Positions 30,046 to 34,189 of a stretch of 34,189 bases of DNA are shown in pieces (within the stretch, counting starts at the first letter, position 1; every line of letters begins with the position of its first letter). The DNA comes from Sulfurimonadaceae bacterium (GTDB lineage Bacteria > Campylobacterota > Campylobacteria > Campylobacterales > Sulfurimonadaceae), in contig CAXNED010000001.1 of NCBI GenBank assembly GCA_964201385.1, positions 1 through 34,189 of the forward strand. The letters run 5' to 3'. The notes under the pieces are model-generated. The model did no database searches. It was not told the DNA's origin and saw only the letters and a list, made by a program, of their open reading frames with translations. The translations under genes were made by a program, and so were the position numbers.

Positions 30046-32130
30046 TTAGAGGTAGTTTACTAAGCTTAACTTGGAAATTTTGCCAACAGTTGAGAGCATT
30101 GCTTGATAGTTCGTATTTAATTGTTCTAAAGTCAGGTAAGCCTCTGCCAAATCTGTATCGATAACCGATGACCTAAGAGCAACCGAACTCATCTTTAATA
30201 TCTCTGTTCTCTCTAAAGACTTAGTAAGTGCATTTGACTGCGCACCAACTTGTGAATGTGATCTAAAAACATGGTCTTGCAAATCATCCATCATTTTTAT
30301 AGCATTCTCTATCCCTACATTTCTCACATCACCAGAGCTACTGTCTGGATAGAGTTTGTAGTTTTCAACCGCGGTTATCATCGCATCAAATGTCTTAAAA
30401 AAATCTGTTTTAGGGTCACGAACTGTCACGGCATTGTTTGCATTAAAAGTCATCACGGAAGCAGCTGCACTAAAATCTCCGCTATTGACATCATAAAGTG
30501 CCATAGCTGCTTGTGTATTGCTTGTGCCAATCTCTTCAAATGTTATCTTGCCATCATCACTCAAAAAAGTTCTTGCTCCTAAATCAGCTGTCTCTATCGC
30601 GGTATCGTAATCTGTAGTACTGTTGGCAGTAGGAATATTTCCTGTTACAACTATGTTCATAACATCCATCAACTGCTTATATGTCATGTCGTCCGCACTT
30701 ACAGCTGCTCTTGGAGAACCCATGTCAAAAATATCATAATTTGTAACACCCCCATCTAGTGAAAATGTTGAACCACTCGTGGCTAGGTCTATCTGGGCAC
30801 TATAGGAAACCCCATGAATATTTGTACCTTCAAATACAAATGATTTTCCATTTAAACTGCTTCCAGAAGCAACTTCAGACAATTTTGTCGACGCAGTTGC
30901 AAAGGCATTGGTCTCTTTTATGATTTGAGGTGTTGATGAAGAGAGCATTGCACCCTCTTTGCTAAATTCCGTTTTATCATAAAGTGTTCCCTCGATAGTG
31001 TTTGTCACAGCCACATCATCAGCCGCCGAGAGAGAAGACTTCACAAACTCTTTTACAAATAGATTTGGGTTTGTTGCAGTAGATGTTCCAAACATAACTT
31101 TATCAAAGTTTGTCTCGCCTGCACCTAAAGCATCTATATCTGTAACATCTGCCGCATCGACACCAGTTAAATCAAAATCCGTTGCTCCAACCATATGAAA
31201 ATCAAGTTTACTAGAGCCTTTCATTTTATCTTCTATTACAATCTGTCCGTAAGAATTTAAACTTACATTGACTACGTCTAAATCTGCAGTATTGCCATAA
31301 ATATCGCCAATTTGCTCAAGCAAATCATCTACTTTCTGCTCATCGGTCATTGTGATTTTTTCTTTAAAAGCCGTACCATCACTTTTTGTGCCACTGATGT
31401 AGAAAAAATGTTTAGAAAGAGTGTCGGCTGTATTGTCTGTATCACCCATCATATCGCGAATTGTGTCGCTACTTTTTAAGTGTTTTGAGGTTCCAGTAGC
31501 TGTTGAATCACTAAAATCAGGATATTTTGCAGATAAATTATACTGAGCAACATTTGTACTTATTTCACGTTTTACTGTCTGCTCTTCGCCCAAAAAGAAT
31601 TCTGCACCATTGATATTGTACTGTTGTGACGTTCCAGAGCCAGTAAATGCTTTAAGAATCGCATCATTGCCCATGTAAGAACCATCACTAGCTATAGGTT
31701 TTGTATCAACAGCAGAGCCAGAAAAGAGATACTGCCCATTAACAGAGGTGTTTGACAAACTTATGAAATGCTCTTCTAACCCTCTTAGTTCCTGTGCTAT
31801 TGCATCAAGAGAAGTTTCACTATTTGAACCATTTGCAGCGTTAACAAGAAGTGTTCTTGCTCGATTCATTGATGTTTCAAACTCATTTAAAACAGCATCT
31901 GTCTGATCAGAAAATTTCAAAGCGCTCTGTACGCTATTTTTAGTCTGATCAAGTGTCGTTATCTCATTATCCAGTCTCATTGTCTCAGTAAAAGTACGTA
32001 TTCCCTCATGTGCATACTGAATTTTTAACGTCGAAGCAATCTGCTTGTTCACATTAAAAAGACTATCACTGAGCTGTGAATTGTTTGTACCATATATATT
32101 TTTATAGTACATATCACTTGCAATTCTCAT
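30046..32130 (-). CDS. flgL: Flagellar hook-associated protein 3 (FlgL)
   Basis: Flagellin-family N-terminus (NGQYLFSGS...KP) and C-terminus (DTDLAEAY...YQAMLST..KISKLSLVNYL) with the long central insertion typical of Campylobacterota FlgL. Confidence 0.92.
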   Translation of the reverse strand: MRIASDMYYKNIYGTNNSQLSDSLFNVNKQIASTLKIQYAHEGIRTFTETMRLDNEITTLDQTKNSVQSALKFSDQTDAVLNEFETSMNRARTLLVNAANGSNSETSLDAIAQELRGLEEHFISLSNTSVNGQYLFSGSAVDTKPIASDGSYMGNDAILKAFTGSGTSQQYNINGAEFFLGEEQTVKREISTNVAQYNLSAKYPDFSDSTATGTSKHLKSSDTIRDMMGDTDNTADTLSKHFFYISGTKSDGTAFKEKITMTDEQKVDDLLEQIGDIYGNTADLDVVNVSLNSYGQIVIEDKMKGSSKLDFHMVGATDFDLTGVDAADVTDIDALGAGETNFDKVMFGTSTATNPNLFVKEFVKSSLSAADDVAVTNTIEGTLYDKTEFSKEGAMLSSSTPQIIKETNAFATASTKLSEVASGSSLNGKSFVFEGTNIHGVSYSAQIDLATSGSTFSLDGGVTNYDIFDMGSPRAAVSADDMTYKQLMDVMNIVVTGNIPTANSTTDYDTAIETADLGARTFLSDDGKITFEEIGTSNTQAAMALYDVNSGDFSAAASVMTFNANNAVTVRDPKTDFFKTFDAMITAVENYKLYPDSSSGDVRNVGIENAIKMMDDLQDHVFRSHSQVGAQSNALTKSLERTEILKMSSVALRSSVIDTDLAEAYLTLEQLNTNYQAMLSTVGKISKLSLVNYL

Positions 32131-32177
32131 AAAACACCTCCAAGATAAGTAAAACGACTCTTCTTTATTACTCTACT

Positions 32178-32194
32178 AAGCAACATAAGTTCCA
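32178..32194 (-). promoter_or_regulatory. Sigma54 (RpoN) promoter for flgL
   Basis: TGGAAC-TTATG-TTGCTT gives GG-N10-GC, matching the Campylobacterota -24/-12 consensus. Confidence 0.8.
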
Positions 32195-32202
32195 TATACG
32201 CT

Positions 32203-32229
32203 ATATCGACTAAAAAGAGTTTACTTTTA
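32203..32229 (-). promoter_or_regulatory. Sigma28 (FliA) promoter for flgL
   Basis: TAAA-N15-GTCGATAT matches the FliA consensus TAAA-N15-GCCGATAA / CGATWT. Confidence 0.7.
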
Positions 32230-32275
32230 CTTTCACAAGATTTTAAGCTAGAAGTCACTATTATTTCGCTCTTAA

Positions 32276-32359
32276 GCCTGCGTGGTGAAATGGTAGACAC
32301 GGCGGATTCAAAATCCGCTAACGCGAGTTGTGGCGGTTCGAGTCCGCCCGCAGGTACCA
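32276..32359 (+). tRNA. tRNA-Leu (anticodon CAA)
   Basis: Acceptor stem GCCTGCG...CGCAGGT A CCA, anticodon arm GCGGA-TT CAA AA-TCCGC, long variable arm and GGCGG-TTCGAGT-CCGCC T arm. Confidence 0.97.
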
Positions 32360-32428
32360 CTCCTTTGTTTCAATAAATCCAAATCAATCTATTTGACCAA
32401 GAAATGGCGTCATTACAAACGCAACTAA

Positions 32429-34189
32429 CTATTTATGAAGTGCCAGCTCTTTTGCAAGATATTCGCCTGTGTAACTTCCTGTTGCTTTATAGTTAGCCGC
32501 AACTTCTTCTGGAGACCCCTCGGAGATGACCAAACCGCCGCCGCTTCCGCCATCTGGTCCCATGTCGATGATATAGTCCGCATTTTTTATCATGTCGAGA
32601 TTATGTTCGATGATAAGAACCGAGTTTCCAAGCTCTACAAACTTGTGAAGCACGCCTGTAAGTCTGTCAACATCTGCAAAGTGAAGTCCTGTTGTTGGTT
32701 CATCCAAGATGTAGAGCGTTTTGCCTGTGTCTTTGCGGCTTAACTCTTTGCTTAGTTTGATTCTTTGGGCTTCACCGCCTGAGAGAGTGACGGCATTTTG
32801 TCCAAGCGTGATGTAGCCAAGACCAACGTCAACGAGCGTTGAGAGTATCTGGTTTATCTTTGGTATGGCTTTAAAAAACTCGTACGCCTCTTCTACACTC
32901 ATGTTAAGCACATCGGAGATATTTTTGCCTTTGTAGAAAACCTCTAACGTCTGTTGGTTGTACCTTGTGCCATGGCATGTGTCGCATTTGACCATGATGT
33001 CTGGCAAAAAGTGCATCTCTATCTTGTTTTCGCCCTCGCCTTGACACTTCTCACATCGTCCGCCTTTGACGTTAAAACTAAATCTTGAGCTTGTGTAGCC
33101 TCGTATCTGTGCCTCTTTTGTCTGCTCAAAAAGGTTTCTTATCTCATCCATAAGTCCTGTGTATGTTGCAGGATTTGAGCGGGGCGTACGTCCTATGGGG
33201 CTTTGGTCTAAGTAAATAACCTTGTCAACTTGTTCAAGACCGTTTATCTCCACACCTGCGACTTTGTTTACCTTTCTGGCATGGTTGAGCAGTTCTCTTG
33301 CCGTTGGGAGCAGGGTTTGGAGCATGAGAGAGCTTTTTCCGCTTCCACTCACTCCTGTGATACAGACAAAGTTATTAAGAGGAATTTTGAGGCTTAGATT
33401 TTTAATATTATTTAATGTAACATTTTTTATCTCAATGTAGTTCTCTTGCGCTCTTCTATAAAAATACTCTATCTTTTTTCTGCCATAAAGATAGTCAGCT
33501 GTGAGTGTTTTGGCTTTTTTGAGCTTATCAAGAGTTCCAGCAAAAACAACCTCTCCTCCAAACTTCCCTGCCCCTGGTCCGATATCAACGATAAAATCAG
33601 CACTCTCTATGGTCTCTTTGTCATGTTCAACCACGATAACACTGTTTCCCTTTTCCTGTAAGCTTCTAAGTGTGCGGATTAGCTTGAGCGTATCTCTCTC
33701 ATGAAGCCCGATACTAGGCTCATCAAGCACATACAAAACACCCGTCAGTCCACTACCGATTTGTGAAGCGATGCGGATGCGTTGCGCCTCTCCGCCACTA
33801 ATAGTACGTGCATCACGCCCAAGAGTGATGTAGCCAAGCCCCACATCATGCAAAAAGTAGAGTCTCTCTCGTATCTCGTTTAGGATTGGAGCAGATATTT
33901 GGACATATTGCGCTTTGAGATAGCTAAAGTTCTCTCTGTTTTCAAACCACTCATAGCTTTTAGAGATAGGCATGTCTAAAACATCCGCTATCCCACTGCC
34001 ACCGACTTTTACCGCCAAAGACTCTCTTTTTAGTCTATGTCCGCCACAGACACTGCACACCTTTTCACTCATGTAGTCGGAGAGTTCTTTTTCATCTTTA
34101 AACATATCGTAAGCGATTTTAACGATTCCAGGCCAAACTCTTTTGACTTCATGACCTTTCCAAAGAAAGCTCACTTCATCGATGCCACC
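32429..34189 (-). CDS. uvrA: Excinuclease ABC subunit A (5'-truncated by window edge)
   Basis: Two ABC signatures SGGEAQRI, Walker A GVSGSGKS, IGRTPRSNPATYTG and the zinc finger CEKCQG...CDTCHG. The frame stays open to the window end. Confidence 0.98.
   Translation of the reverse strand, partial: GGIDEVSFLWKGHEVKRVWPGIVKIAYDMFKDEKELSDYMSEKVCSVCGGHRLKRESLAVKVGGSGIADVLDMPISKSYEWFENRENFSYLKAQYVQISAPILNEIRERLYFLHDVGLGYITLGRDARTISGGEAQRIRIASQIGSGLTGVLYVLDEPSIGLHERDTLKLIRTLRSLQEKGNSVIVVEHDKETIESADFIVDIGPGAGKFGGEVVFAGTLDKLKKAKTLTADYLYGRKKIEYFYRRAQENYIEIKNVTLNNIKNLSLKIPLNNFVCITGVSGSGKSSLMLQTLLPTARELLNHARKVNKVAGVEINGLEQVDKVIYLDQSPIGRTPRSNPATYTGLMDEIRNLFEQTKEAQIRGYTSSRFSFNVKGGRCEKCQGEGENKIEMHFLPDIMVKCDTCHGTRYNQQTLEVFYKGKNISDVLNMSVEEAYEFFKAIPKINQILSTLVDVGLGYITLGQNAVTLSGGEAQRIKLSKELSRKDTGKTLYILDEPTTGLHFADVDRLTGVLHKFVELGNSVLIIEHNLDMIKNADYIIDMGPDGGSGGGLVISEGSPEEVAANYKATGSYTGEYLAKELALHK

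Noticed and set aside
32127-32360. 77-aa ORF on the minus strand (MVPAGGLEPPQ...)
   Set aside because: It is the antisense reading of tRNA-Leu plus the flgL promoter region, a classic spurious ORF.
32360-32428. Integrated element at the 3' end of tRNA-Leu
   Set aside because: Only 69 bp separate the tRNA from the uvrA stop, with no integrase or duplicated tRNA end.
4650-33704. Numerous 60-140 aa ORFs antisense or out of frame within oor, suc, mdh, icd, secA, acnB, ftsK, flgL and uvrA
   Set aside because: They are shadow ORFs of well-supported genes, with Ser/Phe/Ile-rich antisense composition and no recognisable motifs.

Overview
AT-rich core chromosomal region of a Campylobacterota (Epsilonproteobacteria) bacterium, most consistent with a Sulfurimonas-like organism (inferred from gene order, protein style and promoter architecture; no database search was run). 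In order it holds: the 3' part of glnS (GlnRS with a C-terminal GatB/YqeY appendix), tRNA-Glu(UUC), a receiver plus ribbon-helix-helix regulator, a 68-aa ORF, RNase P RNA (rnpB), an orphan TetR regulator, a (reverse) TCA cluster icd-mdh-fumC-sucCD-oorDABC, mltG overlapping head-to-head with a YhdP/AsmA-like gene, lolC/E-secA-lolA, a multi-sensor diguanylate cyclase, acnB, ftsK, flgL, tRNA-Leu(CAA) and the 3' part of uvrA. I saw no mobile element, prophage or CRISPR-Cas locus. The most unusual signals are: (i) five 16-bp palindromes spaced 32/32/31/32 bp (about three helical turns) between divergent rnpB and tetR; (ii) a 71-nt head-to-head coding overlap of mltG and the YhdP-like gene, bounded by an 11-bp inverted repeat so that both proteins start MND and share LSF at residues 21-23; (iii) a REC-RHH fusion regulator; (iv) tandem sigma28 and sigma54 promoters upstream of flgL; (v) a NIT-like/GAF/PAS/GGDEF sensor with a lone periplasmic CxxC.
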